DNA of 64,000 nucleotides from contig OZ219787.1 of the NCBI GenBank assembly GCA_964291285.2, forward strand, positions 1,120,001 to 1,184,000. Direction: 5' to 3'. The translations under genes were made by a program, and so were the position numbers. Positions 23,817-33,471 of this stretch are shown in pieces. Below the pieces are notes generated by a model. The model was not told where the DNA came from. It worked only from the letters and a program-made list of their open reading frames with translations, and did no database searches. Within the stretch, counting starts at the first letter, position 1; the number at the start of each line of letters is the position of its first letter. The DNA is from Alphaproteobacteria bacterium (lineage in GTDB: Bacteria > Pseudomonadota > Alphaproteobacteria > Bin95).

Positions 23817-26800
23817 ATGGCGGAAGGGACATTCAGGGCGGCGGCCGAGGCGTATTTCGCTGGCCTCGCGCGCGTGCAGGCGTCCGGCGGCGCAACGGCT
23901 GAGCGGTCCTACTATGGGCCGCTCAACAACCTGTTGAATGCGGTCGGCCAGACTCTCAAGCCCAAGGTTTTCTGTATTCAGGAGCTTGCCGAACAAGGCG
24001 CGGGCCATCCCGATTTCGGCCTCTATGCGGCGAAGCAGGTGCGCAAGGGAGAGCCGCGCGAGGGCCAGCTTCCCGAATGCGGCGTCGTCGAGGTGAAACC
24101 CGTCGGGGACGATGCCTGGATGACGGCTGATTCGGATCAGGTCAGCCGCTATCGGGGCCGCTACCGGCTGGTGCTGGCGACCAACTTGCGGGATTTTGTG
24201 CTGGTCGGCGAAGCCGGCGCCGGCCACCCGGCGAAGCTCGAAACCTTCCGGCTGGCGGAGAGCGCGGAGGACTTCCGCTGCAAGCTGGAGACGCCGCGCG
24301 CCTTCGCAAGCGAAACGGGCGTTCGCCTCGGCGAATATCTCGCCCGCGCGCTCTCGCACCGGGCGGCGCTTGCCGAACCGAAGGACCTCGCCCGCCTGCT
24401 CGCTTCCTATGCCCGCGATGGCCTCGCGCGGGTCGAAGCGGCGGGTGATGCACCGTCTCTTGAGACTGTACGGTCGGCGCTGGAGGAAGCGCTCGGCGTG
24501 CGCTTCGAGGGCGAGAAGGGCGCGCGCTTCTTCCATTCCACGCTGGTACAGACGCTCTTCTACGGCGTCTTCTCCGCCTGGGTGCTGTGGGCGCGGCAGC
24601 GGCCCCCGCCGGCGGGCGGTTTCGACTGGCGCACCGCCGTCTGGCACTTGCGCGCGCCGGTGCTGCGGGGGCTGTTCCAGCAATTGTCCGACCCCGGCCG
24701 GTTACAGCCTCTCGGCCTCGTCGAGGTGCTGGACTGGACAGCCGCCGCGCTCGACCGCGTGGACCGGCCGGCCTTCTTCTCCCGTTTCGCCGAGGGCGAG
24801 GCGGTTCCCTATTTCTACGAACCTTTCCTGGAGGCCTTCGACCCCGCGCTCCGCAAGCAGTTGGGTGTCTGGTACACGCCCCCGGAAGTGGTCCGCTACA
24901 TGGTCGCCCGCGTGGACCGGGCGCTGAAGGACGATCTCGGCATCCCGGAAGGTCTGGCGGCGGAGAACGTCTATGTGCTGGACCCCTGCTGCGGCACCGG
25001 GGCCTATCTGGCGGAGGTGCTGCGGCGGATCGCAGCAAACTATCTCGAAGCCGGCAGAGGCGCGCTCACCGGTGTGCTGGTGCGGCGAGCGGCGACGGAG
25101 CGGGTGTTTGGCTTCGAGATTATGCCCGCCCCCTTCGTCGTCGCGCATCTTCAGGTTGGTCTGACCATGCAGGAGTTAGATGCGCCGCTCGCCGACGACG
25201 AGACCGAACGTGCTGGCGTGTTCCTCACCAATGCGCTGACCGGCTGGGAGCCTCGTACGACCAAACCGCTGCCCTTCCCGGAACTGGAGGAGGAGCGCGA
25301 CCGAGCCGAGCGGGTGAAGCGGGACACACCGATCCTCGTTGTTCTCGGCAACCCGCCCTATAACGGTTTCGCGGGCATGGCCGTCGAGGAGGAACGCGAG
25401 CTTTCGGACGCCTACCGGACGACGAAGCGGGTGCGAAAGCCTGAAGGCCAGGGCCTGAATGACCTCTATGTCCGCTTTTTCCGTATGGCGGAACGGCGCA
25501 TTGCAGAAAAGACCGGTCAGGGCGTGGTCTGCTTCATTTCCAACTACTCTTGGCTGGACGGGCTTTCCTTCACCGGCATGAGGGAGCGCTATCTCGAAGC
25601 GTTCGACGCGGTGCGGATCGACTGCCTCAACGGCGATAAATACAAGACCGGCAAGATCACTCCGGACGGCTTGCCCGATCCGAGTATCTTTTCGACCGAA
25701 GGCGATCCCGTCGGCATTCAGGTCGGCACAGCCATCACGACACTGGTGCGCAAGGCAGAGCACAAGCCGAATACCGCCGTCGAATTCCGGCATCTTTGGG
25801 GACAGGAGAAACTGGCGACCCTGATCGCAACGGCGGAGGCGGAGCCGGATGCGCTATACGGGAATGTCGAATCGATCCTGCCGCTGGGCCTTCCCTTCGT
25901 GCATGCTGAGGTGAGGGCCGACTGGTTCCAATGTCCAGCACTGCCCGATCTGTTTCCGTCATACTTTCCAGGCGTTGTTACCAACCGTGATGCTTTTCTC
26001 GTGGATACCGACCTCGACCGCTTGAAGGCAAGAATCGCCGACTATTTCGATGCGAGACTTAGCCACGAAGAGATTGCACAGCGCTATCCGGTTGCGATGA
26101 AGACCACGACGTCCATTCGACTCCGCGCCCGTGAAATTCGTGATTTGCGGGTTATGCGAGGCAAGCCAAGTGCAACCGGCTTCATTCGATATGCATTCAG
26201 GCCATTTGATAACCGATGGCTCTATTGGGAGGCAGAATCGGGCCTACTTGCTCGCCCAAGTCCAGATTACAGACCGCACGTTTTCGAGGAAAATTATTCA
26301 TTGGTTTCGCAACAGAAGCCACGCCGGGATTGGTCTCCACCCCAATTTATCTCGAATATGGGCTGCTATGATTTGATGGATCGCAATGTTTCTTGTTTTC
26401 CCGTTTGGCTTCGCGGCAACGGAATCGAGGGAGATGAAAATGGCACACGCTTCCCAAATTTGTCTCGCACCGCGCACCGCTTTCTCGACCGCTTGGGCCT
26501 CGGTGTCGAAGATCTGTTCCACCATGTCCTTGCCGTCCTGCACGATCCGGCTTACCGTGAAGCCAACGCCGGGGCGCTGCGCATGGGCTGGCCGCGTATC
26601 CCGCTGCCCGGCTGGCCGGATGGCGGAATCAAGGGCGTGGCCGAGGATTTGGCGGGGTCGGCGGCGCGCGGGCGTGACCTAGCGGCGTTGCTCGACCCCG
26701 AAACTCCCGTCCCCGGCGTGACGCAAGCGCCGCTCCGCCCGGAGATCGAGGTCATCGCCGCCGTCACAGCCATAGACGGAGGCTACATTAAAGGAGAAGA

Positions 26801-27182
26801 TTTTGCCGTAACCGCCGGTTGGGGCCATCTCGGGCAGGGCGACGCCGTAATGCCCGGCCAGGGCCGCGCCGTCGAACGCCCCTTCACCCCAGAGGAGCGC
26901 GTCACCATGGGCGATGCGCTGCCCGCGCTCGGCGAGACCACCTTCGACATATACCTCAACGCCAACGCATATTGGCGCAATGTGCCCGCCGCCGTCTGGA
27001 ACTACAAGCTGGGCGGTTATCAGGTCCTCAAGAAATGGCTCTCCTACCGCGAACGGAAGGTTCTCGGCCGCTCCCTGCGGATCGAGGAGGTGCAGGACTT
27101 TGCGGAGACAGCACGGAGAATCGGGGCCATTCTGTGCCTCGTTGACCCTGATGTCGCGACTTCAAAGTCGATCTCCGGATGA
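23817..27182 (+). CDS. Single-polypeptide Type IIG/ISP-like restriction-modification enzyme (nuclease-N6A MTase-TRD, no helicase)
   Basis: N-terminal PDF...VEVK nuclease motif, GVWYTPPEVV, VLDPCCGTG, LGNPPY; LlaBIII-type C-terminus (YAFRPFDNRWLY, YKLGGYQVLKKWLSYR). Confidence 0.85.
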   Translation: MAEGTFRAAAEAYFAGLARVQASGGATAERSYYGPLNNLLNAVGQTLKPKVFCIQELAEQGAGHPDFGLYAAKQVRKGEPREGQLPECGVVEVKPVGDDAWMTADSDQVSRYRGRYRLVLATNLRDFVLVGEAGAGHPAKLETFRLAESAEDFRCKLETPRAFASETGVRLGEYLARALSHRAALAEPKDLARLLASYARDGLARVEAAGDAPSLETVRSALEEALGVRFEGEKGARFFHSTLVQTLFYGVFSAWVLWARQRPPPAGGFDWRTAVWHLRAPVLRGLFQQLSDPGRLQPLGLVEVLDWTAAALDRVDRPAFFSRFAEGEAVPYFYEPFLEAFDPALRKQLGVWYTPPEVVRYMVARVDRALKDDLGIPEGLAAENVYVLDPCCGTGAYLAEVLRRIAANYLEAGRGALTGVLVRRAATERVFGFEIMPAPFVVAHLQVGLTMQELDAPLADDETERAGVFLTNALTGWEPRTTKPLPFPELEEERDRAERVKRDTPILVVLGNPPYNGFAGMAVEEERELSDAYRTTKRVRKPEGQGLNDLYVRFFRMAERRIAEKTGQGVVCFISNYSWLDGLSFTGMRERYLEAFDAVRIDCLNGDKYKTGKITPDGLPDPSIFSTEGDPVGIQVGTAITTLVRKAEHKPNTAVEFRHLWGQEKLATLIATAEAEPDALYGNVESILPLGLPFVHAEVRADWFQCPALPDLFPSYFPGVVTNRDAFLVDTDLDRLKARIADYFDARLSHEEIAQRYPVAMKTTTSIRLRAREIRDLRVMRGKPSATGFIRYAFRPFDNRWLYWEAESGLLARPSPDYRPHVFEENYSLVSQQKPRRDWSPPQFISNMGCYDLMDRNVSCFPVWLRGNGIEGDENGTRFPNLSRTAHRFLDRLGLGVEDLFHHVLAVLHDPAYREANAGALRMGWPRIPLPGWPDGGIKGVAEDLAGSAARGRDLAALLDPETPVPGVTQAPLRPEIEVIAAVTAIDGGYIKGEDFAVTAGWGHLGQGDAVMPGQGRAVERPFTPEERVTMGDALPALGETTFDIYLNANAYWRNVPAAVWNYKLGGYQVLKKWLSYRERKVLGRSLRIEEVQDFAETARRIGAILCLVDPDVATSKSISG

Positions 27183-27205
27183 ATGAATTTAGCGATTTGT
27201 GAAGG

Positions 27206-28276
27206 ATGTCACTTATGGCTGAAAACAATACACCGAATGATCCATCAGTCTTTCTGAGAGAAATGGTGGAAGCTATGGATAGGCAGAAAAGACAAAAAAT
27301 AGAACGTTGTATTGCTCACTTGAGCACATACGAAATTCCTACTCCCAGCCATATTTGTCGGACTATAAATTCCTTGATAGGGCATGAAAGACAAAATGTG
27401 TTAAGTTATCATCCGTTTTGGAAAGAGCAAGCTTTACGTCAAGGATTGGCGTCTCTTATTCATGCTTCTCATCAAGCATCTATGGACATTTGTCGTCACG
27501 ATGCTGCGTTGGGAGAATTGGCTCGTTCGGAAAACTTCCAAGACGGCGTGGACCTTTACGTTAGTTTCCCTTCACAAAAGGATACGGTTGCTTACTGCGC
27601 ACTGGCGATGGGGGTCAAAAGCACGCTTAAAGAGATTCAAGGTCTGCGTACAGACATTTGTGATGAGTTAGGTAAGTTAGTTGATAACTTGTTCGATGAG
27701 GATATTTCGCAATTCATTCGAGAGTTAAGAAATAATCTGCTTCATGGCCGAATAGTCATTCCGCAATGGGAGATTTCGTATAGCAATGAAAAAGGAAGAA
27801 ATGCTGGTTCTATGGTGTACAATATAGAAAATCTATTGCGTTCCGGTCATTGGAACGAGGAGGCCAAAAGATACATTCTGTCTTCCCAAGATGAGAAGAT
27901 CAATTTGTCTTCAGTAATTCGCGACCACTTTAAAGTGATGAACGATTTGTACCGCTCTGTCAATAGTATGTTTTTCAAAAATATTACTCTTGTGGAGAAA
28001 GATTTCCATGACATAGAAGATACTCACAAGAAACAGGTGCGGACCCAATGGGCTAGGATATTGGTTGAACAAGCTGCGGTCGGAAAGAATCCTTACGATC
28101 ACCTCCATAGTTTCTTTGATCCTGAAACCGTGCGCGAGATATTACGTCTGCCTCCACATAGTAGGGAACAGGTGGATTTCATCATTTCATTGAAGTCTGC
28201 TGAAATTGACTGGGACGATAGACTGCGGAATACGATGTACAAAATATTCGGAGTTGCGGATTACACAGATACATAA
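27206..28276 (+). CDS. AT-rich hypothetical protein with a HEPN-like RxxxxH motif
   Basis: 356-aa ORF with much lower GC than its flanks; helical segment FIRELRNNLLHGR. Confidence 0.65.
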   Translation: MSLMAENNTPNDPSVFLREMVEAMDRQKRQKIERCIAHLSTYEIPTPSHICRTINSLIGHERQNVLSYHPFWKEQALRQGLASLIHASHQASMDICRHDAALGELARSENFQDGVDLYVSFPSQKDTVAYCALAMGVKSTLKEIQGLRTDICDELGKLVDNLFDEDISQFIRELRNNLLHGRIVIPQWEISYSNEKGRNAGSMVYNIENLLRSGHWNEEAKRYILSSQDEKINLSSVIRDHFKVMNDLYRSVNSMFFKNITLVEKDFHDIEDTHKKQVRTQWARILVEQAAVGKNPYDHLHSFFDPETVREILRLPPHSREQVDFIISLKSAEIDWDDRLRNTMYKIFGVADYTDT

Positions 28277-28326
28277 TTAGTACGCCGAGCGCCCGGTCCC
28301 CGTCGTTGGCAGACGCACCGTCAGCC

Positions 28327-28644
28327 TTACGCGACCGCTCCGAGGCCGTTCCGGGCGACCAGGGTCAGCAGCTTCAGCGATGCGCCGCGGGGCCGCCTCT
28401 CGCCCCGCTCCCACTGGCTCACAAGGCCCGTCGTCACATTGAGGTGGCGGGCGAACACCGCCTGGCTCGCATTCTCCCGCAGGCGGATTTCGCGAATCCT
28501 CTCCGGCGCCATGTCCTCGACCGGCGTCAGACACATCCCGTCGAAGGCCCTCATGGTCCGCTTCGCCATGACGCCCGCCTCCGCCATGCCCTGCGCGGTC
28601 TCATGCACCGACGCCAGTACCGGGCTTCCGTATCGCCTAGCCAT
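28327..28644 (-). CDS. XRE/HTH antitoxin (HigA-like)
   Basis: SVHETA...TMRAFD...IREIRLRENASQAVFARHLNV...SQWERGERRPRGASLKLL. Confidence 0.85.
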   Translation of the reverse strand: MARRYGSPVLASVHETAQGMAEAGVMAKRTMRAFDGMCLTPVEDMAPERIREIRLRENASQAVFARHLNVTTGLVSQWERGERRPRGASLKLLTLVARNGLGAVA

Positions 28645-28906
28645 CGCAGTCCACCTCGCCGATGGTCCCGTTCTTCAGCACCGCTTCCAGACCGGGGCCG
28701 TCCAGCCCCAGCATTTCGTCCGCCAACGCCCGCAAAGCCCTGAGTTCGTCGCGCCGGAGGTTCTCCCGGTCGCTCTTCGCAAACCCGTGGACAAAAAACG
28801 CGAGTTCCCCCCGGCGCAACGGCAGGATCGCACGCACGCCCCCGGATTTGCCCCGGCCCGGCCGGGCGATGCGCTGCTTGATGACCCCGCCGCCGCCGTC
28901 CGGCAC
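28637..28906 (-). pseudogene. RelE/ParE-family toxin, N-terminally truncated
   Basis: GGGVIKQRIARPGRGKSGG...FFVHGFAKSDRENL is present, but the usual N-terminal segment is missing. Confidence 0.7.
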
Positions 28907-29219
28907 TACCGCCTCGGCAGTTTCCGTGCGGGGGGCCGTCCGTGCTTGCGAAGGGCGATGCCGCGGCGCGTGAGGAAGTTCCGTATCGCGACCCGGCTGA
29001 AGACAAGGCCGCCCGCCTCAAGCGCCCGGCGCAGCTCCGCCAGGGTGAAGCCCGGATTTTCGTCCAGGATGCCCAGAACGGCGTCGCGCGCCGCCTCGAT
29101 CTTCCACGAGCGGGTGTCGCCGCCCATCGGCCTGGGCCCCGGATGCCCCTGTTCGCGTTTGTTAGCGACGGTTACAGAGCGCGCCTATTCGCTGACATTT
29201 TTCGGCCGGTTGCGGTTTT

Positions 29220-30092
29220 TCAGTTGATCTGTTGGTCATCGGTTTCGATTGGTTCGCCGGCTCGGTCGCGGATGAGCATGTCGTTCCAGTCCCGGTTGTC
29301 GAGTGCGGGTCGCAGCCGGACGATTCTGGTGTCGTTGCGGGCGAGGCGCCTTGCGGCGTGATCGCCGTTTGTGGTGGCGTCGTATGCACAGAAGATGAGG
29401 CGCGGGTTCCATGCCTCGATCCATTTGGGGACTTTGGTGGCGACGGCGCCGGTGGAGACGGTGGCGCATTCGGTGCGTTTTACCGGGCCGAGGTGGAGGG
29501 AGAGGATGGAGAGTGCGTCGAGGGCGTTGCCGGCCAGGATGACGGCGTGTGGCCATTCGGTCTCCCAGGACATCCAGAAGCCGCCGCCCGCGGTCGTTTT
29601 GCGGTCAGCGGTGACGGTTTCGATGCCGGTAGCCTCGCCGGCGGCGTTTCGGCGGACGAACACGGGGTTGCCGTGAGGGTCGGCATGGACCAGGCCGAGG
29701 TCGCGGCACAGGGTGACGAGCGCGTCCGCGAGGCCGCGCCGCTCGACGAGGTATCGCCGGAGGTTGGGCCAGCGGGGGTCCTTGGCCGGCGCCTGCCGGC
29801 GGCCGCCTGGGGGCATTGAGAGGTCGGACAGTTCGGCGAGGAAGTCGATGGCGTCCGGCGGGGTGCATCCGAGCGCATGGACCGCCAGTTCGATAGCCCC
29901 GGCTCCCTCCTCTGCGCGCAGATGGTCGTAGAACATGAAGCGGTTGATGGAGAGGACCGATCCTGGCCGTCTCCAGCGCACGGCATTGTCGGGATCGCTG
30001 CGGTAGCCGAGGGCTCGGGCGACGGGTTCGAGGGGATAGCCCCGCAGGCTCTCGGCCCGCACCCGCCGCTCGCGGGGGCGGGAGGGATGCAT
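29220..30092 (-). CDS. DUF3991/Toprim primase-like passenger protein (degenerate active site)
   Basis: FYDH...GAGAIELAVH, RRYLVERRGL, ALDALS, IFCAYDA..GD, KDWND-like RDWNDML. Confidence 0.7.
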   Translation of the reverse strand: MHPSRPRERRVRAESLRGYPLEPVARALGYRSDPDNAVRWRRPGSVLSINRFMFYDHLRAEEGAGAIELAVHALGCTPPDAIDFLAELSDLSMPPGGRRQAPAKDPRWPNLRRYLVERRGLADALVTLCRDLGLVHADPHGNPVFVRRNAAGEATGIETVTADRKTTAGGGFWMSWETEWPHAVILAGNALDALSILSLHLGPVKRTECATVSTGAVATKVPKWIEAWNPRLIFCAYDATTNGDHAARRLARNDTRIVRLRPALDNRDWNDMLIRDRAGEPIETDDQQIN

Positions 30093-30094
30093 GG

Positions 30095-30889
30095 CTATGG
30101 CGACGGGACCGGGTTCGCCTTTCCAGTGCTTTGCCCGGCTTTCGGTCCGCGCCGGCGGCGGCGTTCGGCGCTGCGCTGCTTCTGACGTTCCTCGGCTTCC
30201 TTGCGGCGCCAGGAGTCGCCGTCGATGGCGACGATCTCGGCGTTGTGGACGAGCCGGTCGACGAGGGCGACCAGGCAGGCGGCGTTTGGGAAGGCCTCGC
30301 TCCACTCGGCGAAGGGGCGGTTCGTGGTGATTATGGTTGAGTTCTGCTGGCTGCGGCTTGAGACGATGTTGAACAGCAGGTCGGCGTGGCGGTTGGAGTA
30401 GGAGAGATATCCGACTTCGTCGATGACCAGCAGGTGCTGTCGGGCGTAGAAGCGCAGCCTGCGCTGGAGCAGGGTGTCGGAGTCGATGGCGGCGAGTTCG
30501 CCGAGCAGGCTGGCGGCGGTTGCGAAGCGCACGATGTGGCCTTCGAGGACGGCGCGGTGGGCGATATTGGCGGCGATGGTGGACTTTCCGACGCCGTTGG
30601 GTCCGACCAGTACGAGGTTTGCGGCCTCCTTGAGGAAGTCGAGGGTCATGAGGTCCTCGACGGCCATGCGGTCGCAGCGCCTTGGCCAGTCCCAGTCGAA
30701 GTCTGCGAGCGGCTTGAACTGTCCGAGGCGGGCGTCGGCGAGGCGGCGTTTGAGGCTTCGGGCGCGCTTCTCATCTTCTTCCCACGCGATCAGGGAGGCG
30801 AGCCAGTCGCGCTCCGCGACTTCGCCCCAATGGGCGAGGAGGCCGTGCAGGCCCAGCGCGCGGGCGCGGTTCATGAGGGTGTCGGTCAT
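30095..30889 (-). CDS. istB: IS21 helper ATPase IstB
   Basis: LADFDW, GPNGVGKS, LLVIDEVGY, ITTNRPF, ALVDRLVH. Confidence 0.95.
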   Translation of the reverse strand: MTDTLMNRARALGLHGLLAHWGEVAERDWLASLIAWEEDEKRARSLKRRLADARLGQFKPLADFDWDWPRRCDRMAVEDLMTLDFLKEAANLVLVGPNGVGKSTIAANIAHRAVLEGHIVRFATAASLLGELAAIDSDTLLQRRLRFYARQHLLVIDEVGYLSYSNRHADLLFNIVSSRSQQNSTIITTNRPFAEWSEAFPNAACLVALVDRLVHNAEIVAIDGDSWRRKEAEERQKQRSAERRRRRGPKAGQSTGKANPVPSP

Positions 30890-32391
30890 TCTTCGCTGTC
30901 CTTTTCATGGTAGCCGGCCAGCCCGTCGTATCCGCCGAGATCGTGATCGCGCACGGCGATGTCGCGCACGCGCGGGTCCCTGGGCAGGTCGATGGGGATC
31001 GGCGGCGGCCTGTCCTGCAGTTCGCGCCGCCGTGTGAGGCTGAGGCGCACGGCATTGGGATGGGGGACGCCGCGTTCGAGGGCCTCGTCGATGGCGGCTT
31101 CGAGCTCGGCGGCGCCGTATTGGTCGAGCAGGCGCAGCAGGGCGGCGACGGTGGCGCCGATATAAGCGCCGCGGGGGGCGGCCTCGGCGATCAGGCGCTC
31201 GCTGTTGGGCGCGGCCTGGAGCAGCCGGCTCTGCCCGCGCAGGCTGCGGGCGTGACGCTTGCGCCTGACCAGCTCCTCAATGTGTTCGGGGTTCTCGATG
31301 CGGGCCGCCTTGTCGAAGCTGCGCGGATGGCGGGCGATGACCTCCATGCCGTCGAGGATGCGCACCTCTTCCAGCGTCGCGGCCACGGTGAGGGTGCGCC
31401 GGACATGGGTATGCGGGACGCTGTAGTCATTGAGGTCGAACCTGGCATAGGGGGTCTTGGCGATCCTGACCTCGACCCTCTCGTCGACGGGGGGACGGTC
31501 GTCGGGCAGCGCCATCAGGGAGCCGCGCTCGCGCTCGAAGGCCTCGCTCACGGTGAGGGAGCGGTCGTCCGGCCAGGGGCGGTCGGCGGCGACGCCCTCG
31601 CACCACTCCCGGGCCTGGGCGTTGAGATCGTCGAGGTCACGCCAGGCGCGGGCGGCGAAGAAGCTGTCGCGCACATAGCGTATGGCCCGCTCGACGCGGC
31701 CCTTCTCGTTGCCTCGGGCGACCGCGACCGGCTTCGGCAGGAAGCGGTAGGCGCCTGCGAAGTCGAGAAGCCGGGGATTGAAGCGGATGGCGTCGCCGCG
31801 CCGCTCCAGCACGACGCTCTTCAGATTGTCGTACCAGAGCTCGCGGGGCACGCCCTGCCAAGCCTCGAAGGCCTCGACATGGCCGCGCAGGAAGTTGTCC
31901 ATCCCGGCGTTGAGGTAGAAGCGCAGGAAGAGGCGGCGCGAGTGGCCGAGCACCATCACGAAGGCCATCAGCGGGCGCTCCGCACGCCCGATCCTCACCT
32001 TGCCGAAGTGGGCCCAGTCGACCTGGGCCTGCTCGCCGGGCAGGGCCTTGAGGCGCAGATAGGCCTCGGCCACCGGCCGCGGACGCTCGGGCGCGATCAT
32101 GCGCCGGAAGTGGCTCTCGCACCCCCGGTAACCGCGCTCGACCGCCATCCGGTAGAGCCGGCTGGAGGGCAACTTCGGCCAGACCGCCAGGGTCTGGCGG
32201 ACGAAGGGCAGGAACGGATCGATCATCGAAGATCTGCGCCGCTTCTCAGGCGTGGGCGCCCCGGCGGCCGCCACCGCGCGCTCGACCGTGCCGTGGTGGA
32301 CGCCGAGCTGGCGCGCGATCGTGCCGATCCGCCACTTCTCGGCAAAATACAGCCGCAGGATCTCGGCCCGGGTCTGCTGGTCGATCGCCAT
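30886..32391 (-). CDS. istA: IS21 transposase IstA
   Basis: PGEQAQVDWAHFG, YDNLKSVV, NEKGRVERAIRYVR, NDYSVP. Confidence 0.95.
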   Translation of the reverse strand: MAIDQQTRAEILRLYFAEKWRIGTIARQLGVHHGTVERAVAAAGAPTPEKRRRSSMIDPFLPFVRQTLAVWPKLPSSRLYRMAVERGYRGCESHFRRMIAPERPRPVAEAYLRLKALPGEQAQVDWAHFGKVRIGRAERPLMAFVMVLGHSRRLFLRFYLNAGMDNFLRGHVEAFEAWQGVPRELWYDNLKSVVLERRGDAIRFNPRLLDFAGAYRFLPKPVAVARGNEKGRVERAIRYVRDSFFAARAWRDLDDLNAQAREWCEGVAADRPWPDDRSLTVSEAFERERGSLMALPDDRPPVDERVEVRIAKTPYARFDLNDYSVPHTHVRRTLTVAATLEEVRILDGMEVIARHPRSFDKAARIENPEHIEELVRRKRHARSLRGQSRLLQAAPNSERLIAEAAPRGAYIGATVAALLRLLDQYGAAELEAAIDEALERGVPHPNAVRLSLTRRRELQDRPPPIPIDLPRDPRVRDIAVRDHDLGGYDGLAGYHEKDSEE

Positions 32392-32392
32392 C

Positions 32393-32827
32393 TCACTCCC
32401 TTCGCGCCGGGCGCAGGCCCGGATAGACCGCCCGGGCGCAGAACCGCCCGCAGTGATCGCAGCGGAACACTCCGGCGGGACGGTCGGGTCCGAAGGGCCT
32501 CCTTCCCGAGCGCCCCGCCGGCATGCCCGCCACAACAGGACGGCGCGGTGAACGGGTCAAAGGGTGATGCGTCACTTTCTGCGCACGGCGCCCCTCCTCA
32601 GGCGCACGGACGCGACGGCGCTCGCGGTAGCGCCGCTGGCGTTCGGCATGCTTGTGACGGCCCCGCCGGCTGTTCTGGTAGCGACGCCCGGCAAGGCGCA
32701 GCGAGCGCCGCCGCGCCCGGCCGCTGCACGGACGCGAGCAGTAGATGTTGCCGTGGTCGCACCGCCGGCACAGCACAACCTGGCGATGGCACGAAGCGCA
32801 GGTGAACAGGCGGGCGGCGTTCCTCAT
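32393..32827 (-). CDS. Small Cys-rich (Zn-finger) basic protein upstream of istA
   Basis: CASC..LCRRCD..YCSRPC then Arg-rich helix HAERQRRYRERRR; lies inside the IS ends, stop abuts the istA start. Confidence 0.7.
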   Translation of the reverse strand: MRNAARLFTCASCHRQVVLCRRCDHGNIYCSRPCSGRARRRSLRLAGRRYQNSRRGRHKHAERQRRYRERRRVRAPEEGRRAQKVTHHPLTRSPRRPVVAGMPAGRSGRRPFGPDRPAGVFRCDHCGRFCARAVYPGLRPARRE

Positions 32828-33379
32828 CGCAAAGACCGATGAGAACGGGGTGGACCCACGCCCGAACGCCTACGATACTGCGCATACGGGCCGTGCCTTG
32901 CATGGCTCGGGGGGTGCGGCGCCGGTCGTTGCCACCTAGCAAACGGGGCCGGCGCCGCATCGTTCTCAGCAGCCCCAGTCTACCCCCTCGCGCAGCCCGG
33001 CGACCCCCGCCGACAGCGCCAGGACACCCTCCCCTCGGCAGGCGAAAATATCAACGCGACGGGGGCCGGCGACTCCAGTCGGGCTACGCCCTCCTTCCGT
33101 CCCAGGCCCCCGTCACAAACACCGCCGCACCACAATCACTGCGATCATCACGCCCCGCAAAAACGCGCAACGCCAGCAAATAAGCGCCTTTTACGACCGT
33201 CACCTACAGCGTTCGAGCCTGCGCCACGCGGCGATGGAAGACACGCTCACGCGGAACCGTTCCGCCGCCTCCCGGAAGCTCAGCCCTTCGGCGACCGTTT
33301 CGAGCACCCGGCGCCTCAGGTCCGGGGAAAGGGGTTTCGGCATGTCCGCCGGACCTCCCGCGCCGGCGGGGCCGGTTTA

Positions 33380-33394
33380 GAACATAACGGGAAT
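33380..33394 (-). promoter_or_regulatory. Candidate LexA (SOS) box in the promoter of the IS630-HTH ORF
   Basis: GAAC-ATAACGG-GAAT; on the - strand it lies in the spacer of TTTACA-N17-TAAACC. Confidence 0.6.
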
Positions 33395-33471
33395 ATTGTA
33401 AAGGACTGCCGCGCCGGCCCGGCCCCATGCGTCGCGAGGCCCCGGATCGGGGTCGGGGGCGGCCGGCGGCG

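Larger units (their letters stand above)
29160..33208 (-). mobile_element. IS21-family element with two passenger ORFs
   Basis: TG..CA ends with imperfect IR (TGTTAGCGACGGTTACAGAGCGCGCCTATTCGCTG / TGTAGGTGACGGTCGTAAAAGGCGCTTATTTGCTG); 5-bp TSD GCGTT (29155-29159 / 33209-33213). Confidence 0.9.
28906..33343 (-). pseudogene. IS630-type HTH-only ORF split by IS21 (parts 33209-33343 and 28906-29159)
   Basis: Removing IS21 and one TSD restores MPKPLSPDLRRRVLETVAEGLSFREAAERFRVSVSSIAAWRRLEREQGHPGPRPMGGDTRS...FLTRRGIALRK; no DDE domain follows. Confidence 0.8.
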
